DNA from: Acinetobacter phage nACB2
Sequence record: OQ032512.1
Strand: one strand, 5' to 3'
DNA: 64,000 nucleotides
The notes under the pieces are model-generated. The model had not been told where the DNA came from. It did no database searches and saw nothing but the letters and a program-made list of their open reading frames with translations. This document shows positions 1-9,008 of this stretch, piece by piece (the first letter of the stretch is position 1; each line of letters begins with the position of its first letter). The translations under genes and the position numbers were made by a program.

Positions 1-2190
1 ATCTCAGATTCATATAACATTGAATGTATCAAAGATGGTGTGAAGTGTTCATTCCAGTTCTTCCGTTCTGGGCGCAGCCTACCACAGTTAATGCTTTTAG
101 ATAAGTCTACGACAGATGAACCAAACGGCGTAGCTTTCCGTATTCACGTACGCGATCTTCAACGCAAGAAATATGAAGATGCTCTGAAGACTCAGATGTT
201 CATGTTCGAGCCTAAACCTAATATTGACGGTGCAGCATGGCCATATGATAGACCTTCGTTGACTCTAGAGCGCGGAAATGTTCGAGCGTACAGAGCTGAA
301 GATCAGCGTGAATTCTTCGGCGCTTTTGCTCTGGAAATGGGTGGCGTGACGTATCCATTCAAACCAGATTCTGTAAATCCTGAGTGCGAACAGTTATTCA
401 AAGCTATTCAACAGACGCTAGGTTATAATGAAATTGTTGTGATTAGTGTTCCTATTGGTAGTGTAGAAGTACCAGGAGACCGCGAGCGCGTAGAATATAG
501 CGACTTCACAATTGAAAATCTAGTGAAGGAGTTGCATAGTGTAGGGGATGCGTTTACTAAAGACAAGACAGAAGAATACTTGAAAAACTTTTCTGAAGTC
601 AAAAACTTTCTTGAGGCAACAAGATTAGCCGCAGACTTTTCCGGAGAGATGAAGTATATGCTTCCGTTTGTGAGAAATACAAACGGCATGGAAAATTACA
701 AAGAATGGACTATGTATGAGAAGCCTATCATCAACGAAAAGGGTGAAGTGGTAAATGTGACAATGCGTTTTGCCCCTTATAATACAGAACGTAGCGACTT
801 TCACTGGACTTTCTCTGCGCCATTTTTTGAAGATACGCATGTAGTGCAAACGACAGACGAGAAGGGGCAGAAAGTAGATAAGGTTGTTAAGAATTACAAT
901 CCAAAATATTCTTTTTCAAAAGCTTCCGTAGCGTATAATAGCACAAAGGTTGTTTTGGATCAATATGAGCATATAAAAATTTGGTCTTCAGGACAAGCAT
1001 CGCGTTTCGACAACATGACTGTAATATTAGTTGATACAAATTCTAAACCAGTTGCTAAGACAATAGAACTCTGGTTAGCAGAACCTACTACAACTGTATC
1101 TAATCGTAATATATACGTTGTTCGTTGCGCTGACAAGAGTTATGATTTTTCTGAGTTTGAATACATTCTTTCAGAATCTTTACCTGTAAACGTGAATATT
1201 GTGCGTTTATCTGAGCTGAAGTACACTAAGGCAGCAACAGATAAAGTAAGCAACGCTGCTGGTTTTAGACGTATGCCAGCTGTTCTTGATTTGTTTGTAC
1301 CAGAAACTAGGAAAACTCGCTTTGATACAAAGCCGTCTCAAATTAAGATGTCCGAACTTCAAGAACACTTCAAGGCTTATGATGAAGACAATTTGGATGA
1401 ATCTCAATTCTTCGCATACGGTTATTTTGACGTTGACACAAACACAATATATTCAGATCCTGAACATAAGCAAAAGGTGGACATGAAAGCCCTTTCTATC
1501 ATGACCACGGCTAGATACTTCGGAAAGTCAATTCTGTTGATGTCTAAAACAGCAGCTAAGAAATACGGAGAAATTATCTCTGAGACAGGTATTCCTAATA
1601 TTTCGGAGTTGTCGGACGCTGATAAGTGGTTCAAAACTTTAAGTTTAGAATGTAAATCCATTTGGATGTTCATATTGCGTTATCAATCGGTAACTATGAA
1701 TAGCACAGCTCGCGAAAATCTAAACTATTTGGATGATTATTTCTACAAAGTAGCTGAAGAAATATTTGATGTCTATAATCCTAAAGAATATCGTTACAAC
1801 TGCGAACTAAGATTCCAAAATTTCGTTAATGCCATTCACGGTATAAGTTATAACAGCACTAACATTCGCAAAAAGTTTTTCAAAGACGATACTGAAGACC
1901 TACAGCATTTCAAAGACGCTATTTCTGTATTGTTCTATGCAAAACATTATCCTAAATCTCAAATTGGACGCAAGATAAACAATATCTTTAGAAACATACA
2001 AGGGGGGTACGTTGAAGAACGTGCAAAATCATTAGTGGAAAAGACTAAGAAAAATAATTCTGTACCAGAATCCTTTACTGAGTTTTTAGTTTATACGGCT
2101 CTGAATACTTTATCAGAATCGGATGCATTGAAAGCTGCAATACGTTTTGAGAAACAAAGAACTATCTTTGATTTTAGTTTCCAAAATTGA
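1..2190 (+). CDS. Large protein of unknown function, 5' end truncated by the window edge. The reading frame is open back to position 1, and the GTG 'start' at 40 is an ORF-caller artefact. Possibly rIIA-like.
   Basis: One open frame of at least 716 codons with no stop upstream to the window edge. Its position next to an HTH-containing 374-aa protein recalls the T4 rIIA-rIIB pair. No motif was verified. Confidence 0.5.
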   Translation: MSDSYNIECIKDGVKCSFQFFRSGRSLPQLMLLDKSTTDEPNGVAFRIHVRDLQRKKYEDALKTQMFMFEPKPNIDGAAWPYDRPSLTLERGNVRAYRAEDQREFFGAFALEMGGVTYPFKPDSVNPECEQLFKAIQQTLGYNEIVVISVPIGSVEVPGDRERVEYSDFTIENLVKELHSVGDAFTKDKTEEYLKNFSEVKNFLEATRLAADFSGEMKYMLPFVRNTNGMENYKEWTMYEKPIINEKGEVVNVTMRFAPYNTERSDFHWTFSAPFFEDTHVVQTTDEKGQKVDKVVKNYNPKYSFSKASVAYNSTKVVLDQYEHIKIWSSGQASRFDNMTVILVDTNSKPVAKTIELWLAEPTTTVSNRNIYVVRCADKSYDFSEFEYILSESLPVNVNIVRLSELKYTKAATDKVSNAAGFRRMPAVLDLFVPETRKTRFDTKPSQIKMSELQEHFKAYDEDNLDESQFFAYGYFDVDTNTIYSDPEHKQKVDMKALSIMTTARYFGKSILLMSKTAAKKYGEIISETGIPNISELSDADKWFKTLSLECKSIWMFILRYQSVTMNSTARENLNYLDDYFYKVAEEIFDVYNPKEYRYNCELRFQNFVNAIHGISYNSTNIRKKFFKDDTEDLQHFKDAISVLFYAKHYPKSQIGRKINNIFRNIQGGYVEERAKSLVEKTKKNNSVPESFTEFLVYTALNTLSESDALKAAIRFEKQRTIFDFSFQN

Positions 2191-2202
2191 TTTTTAACTT
2201 AA

Positions 2203-2234
2203 ATTGGAACTGACTCTATAATAGGTCAGTTCCC
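2203..2234 (+). promoter_or_regulatory. Perfect 9-bp hairpin (ggaactgac / gtcagttcc) with TATAAT in the loop, between the two genes.
   Basis: Read directly. A possible -35 TTAACT lies 17 nt upstream of the TATAAT, so this may be a promoter and/or an RNA structure. Confidence 0.35.
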
Positions 2235-2250
2235 AACTAGGAGAAGCCCA

Positions 2251-3375
2251 ATGGCTGTCAAATACACAGATGCACAAAAGAAAGATTACGCTATCAAAGC
2301 ATGTAAAATCATCAAATCTGGTGGTTCTATTAACTCAGCTGCTAAAGAATTGGGTATTGCGAACCGTACTATCAAAAGCTGGATCGAGCAATACGCCCCT
2401 GCTGAAGCTACTGATAAAGACGGTAAAGAAGTTGAAGTCGAAACGACTCGAAAAGCGAAAGCAAAGCGCCAACCAGCAGCGAGCACCACTCGACGCAAAA
2501 AAGCAGGTGGAAGTAAAACCACTAAACCGAAACAGCAGAAAGCTACTACAGCAGAAGTTGGAACGGAAGCGCAAACTACAGGATCGGTGGAGCTGAAAGT
2601 TATCACTCTTCCAAACAGTACTGTAATCGCAATTGCTTCTCAAAGCCATGAAGTGAAAAAAGATCACCCTCGTTTCAACCAAATCAACATATTCTTGAGC
2701 AAAGTGGTTGATAATGTTATTACAGAAGATCAAGCCAAAGAACTTGAAAACCTAATTGAAGGCGAACAGGTTACTCAGCTGAAGACTTGGTCGCAGGGTA
2801 AACTTTCTATTGACAACGGCGTTGTGCGTTGGGATGGTAAACCTCTTGTTGGCGGTCTGAAAGAAGTTATGTTGCGTCTGGCGGCTTCTGGAGATACGAA
2901 ACGCCTCAAAAACTTCTCTGCTTTCATTGAGAAGGTGCGTCAGTGTGTATCTTATAAAGTCAACCAACGCTTCTTTGACTTTATCTCAAAGAACAGCCTT
3001 CAGATCACTGAAGATGGTGATATTATTGCATTCAAAGTAGTTCGTCATGACTATAAAGATAAACACTCTGGCACATTTGACAATAGCGTAGGCAAAACAG
3101 TCCAGATGCCTCGAAACGAAGTGGATGACCAAGACACAAATACTTGTTCTAATGGTCTACACATTTGCTCTGAATCCTACATTAAGTCATTCAGCAGCTC
3201 TAATGACCGCCTAGTGTTAGTGAAAGTAGATCCACGCGATATCGTGTCTATCCCAACAGACTACAATTCGTCAAAGTGCCGAACATGCCGTTACACTGTA
3301 GTGAAAGACGTTACTGATGAATGGAAAGCTGGAAAGCATATCCAATACACAGACGACTATAAGTTCAAAGCGTAA
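2251..3375 (+). CDS. 374-aa protein with an N-terminal helix-turn-helix and a basic Lys/Thr-rich linker; possibly rIIB-like.
   Basis: ATG at 2251 preceded by AGGAGAAG. N-terminal HTH-like segment 'SINSAAKELGIANRTIKSWIEQY'. The rIIB assignment is inference from architecture and neighbour only. Confidence 0.6.
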   Translation: MAVKYTDAQKKDYAIKACKIIKSGGSINSAAKELGIANRTIKSWIEQYAPAEATDKDGKEVEVETTRKAKAKRQPAASTTRRKKAGGSKTTKPKQQKATTAEVGTEAQTTGSVELKVITLPNSTVIAIASQSHEVKKDHPRFNQINIFLSKVVDNVITEDQAKELENLIEGEQVTQLKTWSQGKLSIDNGVVRWDGKPLVGGLKEVMLRLAASGDTKRLKNFSAFIEKVRQCVSYKVNQRFFDFISKNSLQITEDGDIIAFKVVRHDYKDKHSGTFDNSVGKTVQMPRNEVDDQDTNTCSNGLHICSESYIKSFSSSNDRLVLVKVDPRDIVSIPTDYNSSKCRTCRYTVVKDVTDEWKAGKHIQYTDDYKFKA

Positions 3376-3409
3376 TGGTTTCGGGGGAGAAATCCCCCAC
3401 TTTGGTGAA

Positions 3410-3793
3410 ATGGATATGACAATCTTTTATATTGACTTAAAACAACGAATAGATGGCTGCTACGGCGCTTCTAATCTGAAACACGAAATACAACAGCGCG
3501 TTGAAGCTGGATACATCGTGCATTTAGACCTTAGCAATCTAACTAAAATACCTCAGTTAGACTTTTTTGAAGAAGGTATTTCTGAAATTATTACTGATGG
3601 TATGCCTTTAGAAAAATTGAAAGCGCATCTGAAGTTTAAATGTTCTGAATCTGATCTTTTGAAGATTGTTGAATTATTGAAACAAGCAGAAAAGTCTAGA
3701 TTCAATGCGCTGCGAAACAAAGATGTTTTGGGGCACTTAAAAGACACAATCAAAGGGTTCGGAAACAACCCAGTAGTATCACGGGGGCAGTGA
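3410..3793 (+). CDS. Hypothetical protein (about 127 aa; start moved to the internal ATG at 3410).
   Basis: The ORF-track start at 3317 overlaps the upstream gene by 59 nt. The ATG at 3410 has a GGTGA Shine-Dalgarno and follows a GGGGGA/TCCCCC hairpin at 3383-3400. Confidence 0.5.
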   Translation: MDMTIFYIDLKQRIDGCYGASNLKHEIQQRVEAGYIVHLDLSNLTKIPQLDFFEEGISEIITDGMPLEKLKAHLKFKCSESDLLKIVELLKQAEKSRFNALRNKDVLGHLKDTIKGFGNNPVVSRGQ

Positions 3794-4212
3794 TGAAGTT
3801 TTATGTCGGTAGTGTAAAAATGGAACATGATGGTAAAAACATCTTTCTCACAACCGAGATAAAGCCCTCAGATGTTGAAGGTGTGAGTCCTTTATTAGAT
3901 TGTGTAGCAAATCTAGACATCTGGGAATCTGATGATGTTGTAGAGTTGACATCAGCTATATGGTCTAAAAACGGTCTTTTACCATTTGATGTTATGTTTT
4001 TAACAAATTTCAGCGATGAAATAGTTTCTTATGAAGGTGATGTTGATGTCATGTATATCAATATTCTAGACTTCAGATTGGCGCTAGTGAAGTTTGATGA
4101 CTTCAATAGCTTATTCGTAGAGCGTAAACAGCTCAAACAATTTGTGAATGCCCTAACAACTAACAGACAGGGTCGTTACACTCAACATGGGAGAAAGGCG
4201 CAATGCGCTTAA
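3790..4212 (+). CDS. Hypothetical protein (140 aa).
   Basis: ORF with an ATGA stop/start overlap with the upstream gene. Confidence 0.5.
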   Translation: MMKFYVGSVKMEHDGKNIFLTTEIKPSDVEGVSPLLDCVANLDIWESDDVVELTSAIWSKNGLLPFDVMFLTNFSDEIVSYEGDVDVMYINILDFRLALVKFDDFNSLFVERKQLKQFVNALTTNRQGRYTQHGRKAQCA

Positions 4213-5015
4213 ATTTAAATCAGTATGGTATTTTACCTAAAATTGCTGCTATTGTTATTGCTATTATTGTGGGGTTGATTTTCTTATCATCTCTGTTCTT
4301 CACTGTACCAACAGGTCATAAAGGTATTGTAACTCAATTCAATGAATTGCATACGGTGAAAGACTCAGGCTTGAACTTCAAAATGCCATTTATACAAAAG
4401 GTGATCTTGGTAGACACGCGTACTGCTAAGGCTGAAACAGCTATTCAAGCAAACACGCGTGACATGCAACGCGTGTCGTCAAAAGTTGTAGTGAACTATC
4501 ATATTAATCCGTCTAGTATTGAAAAATTGTTCAGTCAGACAGGTTTGGACATTGAAACAAAGATCATCGATCCGCGTATCCAAGAAGCAACTAAATCCGT
4601 TGTGACAAAATATACAGCCGATCAATTGACAAAACAACGCGATGACGTGAAGAATGCTTTGTCTGTTGACTTAACAACGCGCCTTGCAAAGTACGGTATT
4701 GTAGTTGAAGACGTTCAGGTCACTGAATTCACTTTCTCCAAAGTTTTCTATGACTCAATCGAATCTAAGCAGATTGCTGAACAAAGTGCATTGAAGGCTG
4801 AAAATGACCTCAAGCGTATCGAAGTAGAAGCGAAACAAAAGATTGAAATGGCAAAGGCTGAAGCCGAAGCTATTCGCATTCAATCTGAAGCTGTTCGAGC
4901 TCAGGGTGGTACTGAATATGTACAGTTGAAAGCTATTGAAAAGTGGTCTGGTAAACTTCCTGAAACTGTAGTTGGCGGCAACGGCGCTCTTCCATTCATC
5001 AATGTAGGTAAATGA
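4203..5015 (+). CDS. SPFH/band-7 (prohibitin/HflC-like) membrane protein.
   Basis: N-terminal TM helix (IAAIVIAIIVGLIFLSSLFF), then 'VPTGHKGIVTQFN' (the SPFH signature VPxGxxGVV) and a long C-terminal coiled coil. SD GGGAGAAAGG. Confidence 0.75.
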   Translation: MRLNLNQYGILPKIAAIVIAIIVGLIFLSSLFFTVPTGHKGIVTQFNELHTVKDSGLNFKMPFIQKVILVDTRTAKAETAIQANTRDMQRVSSKVVVNYHINPSSIEKLFSQTGLDIETKIIDPRIQEATKSVVTKYTADQLTKQRDDVKNALSVDLTTRLAKYGIVVEDVQVTEFTFSKVFYDSIESKQIAEQSALKAENDLKRIEVEAKQKIEMAKAEAEAIRIQSEAVRAQGGTEYVQLKAIEKWSGKLPETVVGGNGALPFINVGK

Positions 5016-5434
5016 TCATGAAAAAGTATTATGGTACAAAAGTATTAACAGCTGTTTCAATGACATTAGGTGCGTATAATCACACTCGTGGTTGGAATCT
5101 ACCACCCAATGAAGATCCTGAAACAGAAGGTTATTTGGTTTGTTACCCAGACCAAAAACCAAATGTTGAAGGTTTTGATGGTTACGTTTCTTGGTCACCT
5201 AAAGATGTATTTGAAAAAACCTATAAAGAATTACCTGAGCGCGCATTGCCTCATCAAGAACGAGTGGATGTTGAACGCGCTCAGTTGAATGAACGCGCTG
5301 AAGGTCTTGAGTCATTCATTGGTTCAAGCGCATTCTTTGCCTTACCTCAGATTGAGCAAAAAAGTCTCACTGAACAACTTGAAGCCATGGTGTGGTACCG
5401 TGACATTTTAGATCAGCGGATCTCGCGTTTCTAA
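5012..5434 (+). CDS. Hypothetical protein (140 aa), translationally coupled to the SPFH gene.
   Basis: ATGA overlap with the SPFH gene; no recognisable domain. Confidence 0.5.
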   Translation: MIMKKYYGTKVLTAVSMTLGAYNHTRGWNLPPNEDPETEGYLVCYPDQKPNVEGFDGYVSWSPKDVFEKTYKELPERALPHQERVDVERAQLNERAEGLESFIGSSAFFALPQIEQKSLTEQLEAMVWYRDILDQRISRF

Positions 5435-5450
5435 AATACAGTCTTTGGAA

Positions 5451-5479
5451 AAGGAGCTTTATAGCTCCTTTTTCTTTTT
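5451..5479 (+). terminator. Rho-independent terminator.
   Basis: aaggagct-ttat-agctcctt followed by a T-run. Confidence 0.7.
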
Positions 5480-5516
5480 ACATTAATACCTTTATGATAA
5501 CTTAATGGAAGACATT

Positions 5517-5669
5517 ATGCCAATGATATACTTGGTGTACTGCGTAACATTTGTTATAGTAGCTGGTTACGCAAATGACAAACTCATTCACCCTAGCGTG
5601 TTTGTGCCTTTATCCTTGGCTGCTTCTTTAGTAGCTTCTTTAATAGCATTCTGTTTAGGAGTAAGATGA
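5517..5669 (+). CDS. Small hydrophobic (membrane) protein of 50 aa. It falls below the ORF-track length cutoff.
   Basis: ATG at 5517 with SD 'ggaag'. Translation MPMIYLVYCVTFVIVAGYANDKLIHPSVFVPLSLAASLVASLIAFCLGVR. Its stop TGA overlaps the ATG of the next gene (ATGATG at 5666). Confidence 0.45.
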   Translation: MPMIYLVYCVTFVIVAGYANDKLIHPSVFVPLSLAASLVASLIAFCLGVR

Positions 5670-6130
5670 TGAATGAGCAAGAACGTATAAAATCAGATCA
5701 ATCTTTTGATAGCGAGAGAATAGAGCTGACTAAAAAGTTGATAGATGATCTATCATTTTTAGATTATTACAAAAAAGCCTACGTGAAGAGTGAAAGAGAA
5801 AGAATCACGGTGTATCTACCAGCTCATACTCCATTCTTGAATGATGTATTGAATAGAAGCACTCTAGCTGTATCTCTTCAACACGACCTATTCTTGAAAT
5901 ATGAACTAGCTTTAACAGATTCAGCTGAAGTTCTACCAATAAATACCGACCTTTTCCTTGGTAATAGCATGGTTCGTAACCGTATACAAGGGGTAGTGGT
6001 ACCAATGATTGGAGTTTCGTTAAAAAGGGAAGCAGACGTATTTGAAACAGTCACTTCCCTCATTATGTTTCAAAAGCATATAATGTCTACGCTTGAGAAA
6101 CACTACTTTCCGATTGCAGGTTGCGAATGA
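5666..6130 (+). CDS. Hypothetical protein (154 aa).
   Basis: ORF coupled to the upstream small ORF. Confidence 0.5.
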   Translation: MMNEQERIKSDQSFDSERIELTKKLIDDLSFLDYYKKAYVKSERERITVYLPAHTPFLNDVLNRSTLAVSLQHDLFLKYELALTDSAEVLPINTDLFLGNSMVRNRIQGVVVPMIGVSLKREADVFETVTSLIMFQKHIMSTLEKHYFPIAGCE

Positions 6131-6389
6131 AGGCTTGTCTAGCCTTCTTCAATTCTCTGATCTTCTCGTAGGTTTGGTCATCGCAAGTCATAGCGCGTTC
6201 TACCTCTTCCAATGTATCGCAAACTAGAGCAATACCTGAAGGGAATGTAGAAATAACGTCTCCATTTTGTTCCACCTCTACTCTCATACCGTTGAAAGAT
6301 GCGATGCGTCCAACGTTCCCAAAAGATTTATCAGCCTGAAGCGATATCATAACCGCAATGCGCCCTACTTCAATATTATTGTCGATCAT
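6087..6389 (-). CDS. Hypothetical protein (100 aa); the only minus-strand gene in this region.
   Basis: ORF. A divergent promoter region lies at 6390-6463. Confidence 0.4.
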   Translation of the reverse strand: MIDNNIEVGRIAVMISLQADKSFGNVGRIASFNGMRVEVEQNGDVISTFPSGIALVCDTLEEVERAMTCDDQTYEKIRELKKARQAFIRNLQSESSVSQA

Positions 6390-6463
6390 ATCAATTCTCT
6401 TTGATTTTTATCCCAAACCGTAATATATAGTATAATTCTCTGAACTACAACGGAGACCATACA

Positions 6464-7018
6464 ATGAATCTCGAAAATTTGCGCAACCTTATCCTTTCAA
6501 TGGCAGACGTGTCAACGCGTATTGTAAATCACGTAGAACACGGCTTAGACTCAACCCTATTGAGTCAAGGTTTGTTTCGAGTTTTTACAGCTAACTACGA
6601 AACTCAAGTGCGCCTTCCACACTCTCACAAATACGATTTTGCTTGTCTAGTGCTCAAAGGCTCTGTATTGAATCGCTTGTATACGCCTATTGAAAATAGC
6701 AAATACAAAGAAAATAACGAGCTTCACGCTGAGTATTGCGTGACTATTCAAACTGGACAGTTGGGCGACTATAAGTTCAATAGACGTCAACGCCAAGCGT
6801 TTCAGATTTCTGAAAAACTTCATACTGAAGGTGAATGGTATCAAATGAACTCAGAAGACATCCACACCATTCGCTTCAGTAAAGGCGCAGTTGTATTGTT
6901 TATTGAAGGACCTGCTAAAACCGATCATGTTGAAGTTCTATTTCCGTATGCATCTAATGGTCGAGCGTACAATCCGCTAGACGACAGCAAAACATTTCTT
7001 ACAGGCGACAAAGTTTAA
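6464..7018 (+). CDS. Cupin-like protein (184 aa).
   Basis: 'PHSHKYDFACLVLKG' resembles a cupin metal-binding motif (HxH...). The leader contains 'acaacggagaccatacaATG', a CAACGGAG-type SD. Confidence 0.45.
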   Translation: MNLENLRNLILSMADVSTRIVNHVEHGLDSTLLSQGLFRVFTANYETQVRLPHSHKYDFACLVLKGSVLNRLYTPIENSKYKENNELHAEYCVTIQTGQLGDYKFNRRQRQAFQISEKLHTEGEWYQMNSEDIHTIRFSKGAVVLFIEGPAKTDHVEVLFPYASNGRAYNPLDDSKTFLTGDKV

Positions 7019-7305
7019 TGAAAATAACAGATATAGGTCTAATGGCTGAAGCTTTGCGCGTTCCTATTGAATATATTCATATTATGCGCCAATCTGGTCT
7101 AGAATTTGAAGTCGTTATGGAACTGAATATTGAATCTTATAGCGGTTCAATGACTCAAATGAAACCGCCTGTATCTGTTTCAGTAGGAAAATCTGGACTA
7201 CGCTATGACCCAATTACAGGAGGTACTGTAAAAGTGTTCGAAGCGTATAACATCGAAATTATTAAGAATCTCATTAAGACATCAATGGAGAACAAAAATG
7301 TCTGA
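7018..7305 (+). CDS. Hypothetical protein (95 aa).
   Basis: ORF with a TAATG overlap. Confidence 0.45.
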   Translation: MKITDIGLMAEALRVPIEYIHIMRQSGLEFEVVMELNIESYSGSMTQMKPPVSVSVGKSGLRYDPITGGTVKVFEAYNIEIIKNLIKTSMENKNV

Positions 7306-7615
7306 CGTTAAAAATGTAAACGAAACCAACCTTGTAAGCGTGGCTGTAAAGGTAGATGAGGCTTCAATTAAGGCTTCAACTGACTCGATTGTTCGTATTC
7401 TGGATGCGGCTGCGAAAAATCACACCAATGATAAAGTCACTCTGAAAGCCCTAGACGCGTTCAAAGCGTCAGCCACAATTGAACACTGTCATTTCAATGG
7501 CTTCTCTATTGTAAATGACAACTCGCGCCGTACTGAAGTGAACGTTCAAGGCGATCCAAATGACGTAGACGCGGATGTCAATGGCGTGAAAGTGGATGGT
7601 CAACTAAATGGCTAA
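7298..7615 (+). CDS. Hypothetical protein (105 aa).
   Basis: ORF that overlaps the upstream gene. Confidence 0.45.
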   Translation: MSDVKNVNETNLVSVAVKVDEASIKASTDSIVRILDAAAKNHTNDKVTLKALDAFKASATIEHCHFNGFSIVNDNSRRTEVNVQGDPNDVDADVNGVKVDGQLNG

Positions 7616-7956
7616 TGAATTTATCGGGTTCAAGATTCTTAGCGCGTCTAATATTACAATATCTTATTGTAACGTTGACGGCGGTTATAGACCAAAGAAT
7701 CATAAGGTTGCTGTTCGGGTAACGAAAGATAAATTGATTTTAAGCCGTTAATTTGTCTTGACTATATAATACTGTTCATGTCAAGGCTCAGCCTAACTTG
7801 AACTTGGGTAGCTACATTTGACAAAGGGCTTGTCCTCCTTCCTCAACCCCAAGAGGAGAATGGACAGACTATAACGTAATAACAATTGTTGCCCACTAAG
7901 TGAATGGGTCATGGAGTGGGTTATTCCCAATAGTTGTTATTACGTTGTAGTTTGAA

Positions 7957-8033
7957 GCGCCTGTAGCTCAGTTGGATAGAGCATCCGCCTTCTAAGCGGA
8001 TGGTCACAGGTTCGAGTCCTGTTAGGCGCGCCA
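7957..8033 (+). tRNA. tRNA-Arg (anticodon TCT) with an encoded CCA.
   Basis: Cloverleaf read by hand: acceptor GCGCCTG/TAGGCGC, D-arm GCTC-AGTTGGATA-GAGC, anticodon stem TCCGC/GCGGA with loop CTTCTAA, T-arm ACAGG-TTCGAGT-CCTGT, discriminator G, then CCA. Confidence 0.85.
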
Positions 8034-8148
8034 CTTTCAAACTCCAGAATGCGAGGACAACAGTATCACCCAGAACACGGCGGTGGTTGCGTTATTAGCA
8101 TGGACAACGCGGCAGTCGGTAAAAGCCGTGGGCGTAGCAATACGCTCT
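8034..8148 (+). ncRNA. 115-nt spacer between tRNA-Arg and tRNA-Asn; possible small stable RNA or tRNA remnant.
   Basis: No ORF. It contains the hairpin gcgta-gcaa-tacgc and repeated 'ggacaac' elements. By analogy to the T4 tRNA cluster, which also encodes small stable RNAs. Inference only. Confidence 0.2.
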
Positions 8149-8224
8149 AGCCTAGTAGCTCAGTTGGTAGAGCAGCGGATTGTTAATCCGTTGGTCACAG
8201 GTTCGAACCCTGTCTAGGCAGCCA
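8149..8224 (+). tRNA. tRNA-Asn (anticodon GTT) with an encoded CCA.
   Basis: D-arm GCTC-AGTTGGTA-GAGC, anticodon loop TTGTTAA, T-arm ACAGG-TTCGAAC-CCTGT, then CCA. The 1:72 pair reads as A-A, so the 5' end may be off by 1 nt. Confidence 0.75.
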
Positions 8225-8226
8225 TT

Positions 8227-8303
8227 GGGACTTTAGCTCAGAAGGTCAGAGCATCCGACTCATAATCGGGCGGTCACTGGTTCGAAACCAGTAAGTCCCA
8301 CCA
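8227..8303 (+). tRNA. tRNA-Met (anticodon CAT; could also be an Ile-lysidine type) with an encoded CCA.
   Basis: Acceptor GGGACTT/AAGTCCC, anticodon loop CTCATAA, T-arm ACTGG-TTCGAAA-CCAGT, discriminator A, then CCA. Confidence 0.85.
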
Positions 8304-8440
8304 TATCCAGCGTTAGTGTACGGTGCACGTCAATACGGTAAACAGACGTATTGAAAGACTAGGGTTTAATTCCCTAGACAATGGGCCATATTTGATTTCT
8401 TATAAAAATAACAAACAGTAATAAAATAATCTCAGCAATA

Positions 8441-8755
8441 ATGGAGATTATAACATTGAAACTCTTATCATTCATCTACAACTATCTACGTTACATGCCA
8501 GTTCACTACTGGTTATTTTTCTTCTTCATGCCTGATCTGTATTCAAAATACCCTCGCGTCAGCGTGAAGGGTCGATATAACATTAAGGTGTTCCGTGTCT
8601 ACTTTGGAGCAAATGAAGTGGTTAATAAGTTTGTTGAAGGCTCTAAGAATAAAGCCTATATCAAACTGCGTTACGAAGCTCTGAGACAAGATTTTAGAAC
8701 GCCGCAGCCACTAGGCGTTGAATACAGCATGAAGAAGGTAGAAAATGAAGATTGA
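8441..8755 (+). CDS. Hypothetical protein (104 aa).
   Basis: ORF with a weak RBS. Confidence 0.4.
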   Translation: MEIITLKLLSFIYNYLRYMPVHYWLFFFFMPDLYSKYPRVSVKGRYNIKVFRVYFGANEVVNKFVEGSKNKAYIKLRYEALRQDFRTPQPLGVEYSMKKVENED

Positions 8756-8951
8756 TCTAACGTTGCTTGAGTCATTGAAACGCGCTGCTGATGGGTCAAT
8801 GTTGAGTTCTAGAATATCATTGAAACAGCAGATGAGTAGAAAGGAGCGCCAACTCAAGAAACGCAAAAAGGAAAATAAAGAATTTGAAGATTCCTTATTT
8901 TCTATGGGCGCTCATCACAGAGCCGCCATGTTTCAAAAGTACTGGAAATAA
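8745..8951 (+). CDS. Hypothetical basic protein (68 aa).
   Basis: ORF. Confidence 0.4.
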   Translation: MKIDLTLLESLKRAADGSMLSSRISLKQQMSRKERQLKKRKKENKEFEDSLFSMGAHHRAAMFQKYWK

Positions 8952-8979
8952 AAATATTTGATTATTTCCGAAATAATCC

Positions 8980-9008
8980 TTTACTTCCGTTGATGGTTAG
9001 GGTATAAT
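8980..9008 (+). promoter_or_regulatory. Sigma70-type (early) promoter: -35 TTTACT, 17-nt spacer, -10 TATAAT.
   Basis: 'cCTTTACTTccgttgatggttagggTATAATg', followed by the leader 'cactcaacggagtaaatcaaATG' of the 9050 gene. Confidence 0.6.

Noticed and set aside
2270-2967. Several 70-130-aa ORFs on both strands inside the rIIB-like gene.
   Set aside because: They are overlapping shadow ORFs within a longer coherent frame that has an SD.
1-3375. Confident rIIA/rIIB assignment for the first two genes.
   Set aside because: Only the size pairing and the N-terminal HTH of the second protein support it. No GHKL ATPase motif is visible in the truncated first ORF. It is reported as a low-confidence hypothesis.
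7957-8303. tRNA cluster as a prophage attachment/integration site; searched for an integrase.
   Set aside because: No integrase, recombinase or att-like direct repeats are in the window. The tRNAs are phage-encoded genes inside an early region, as in T4-like phages.
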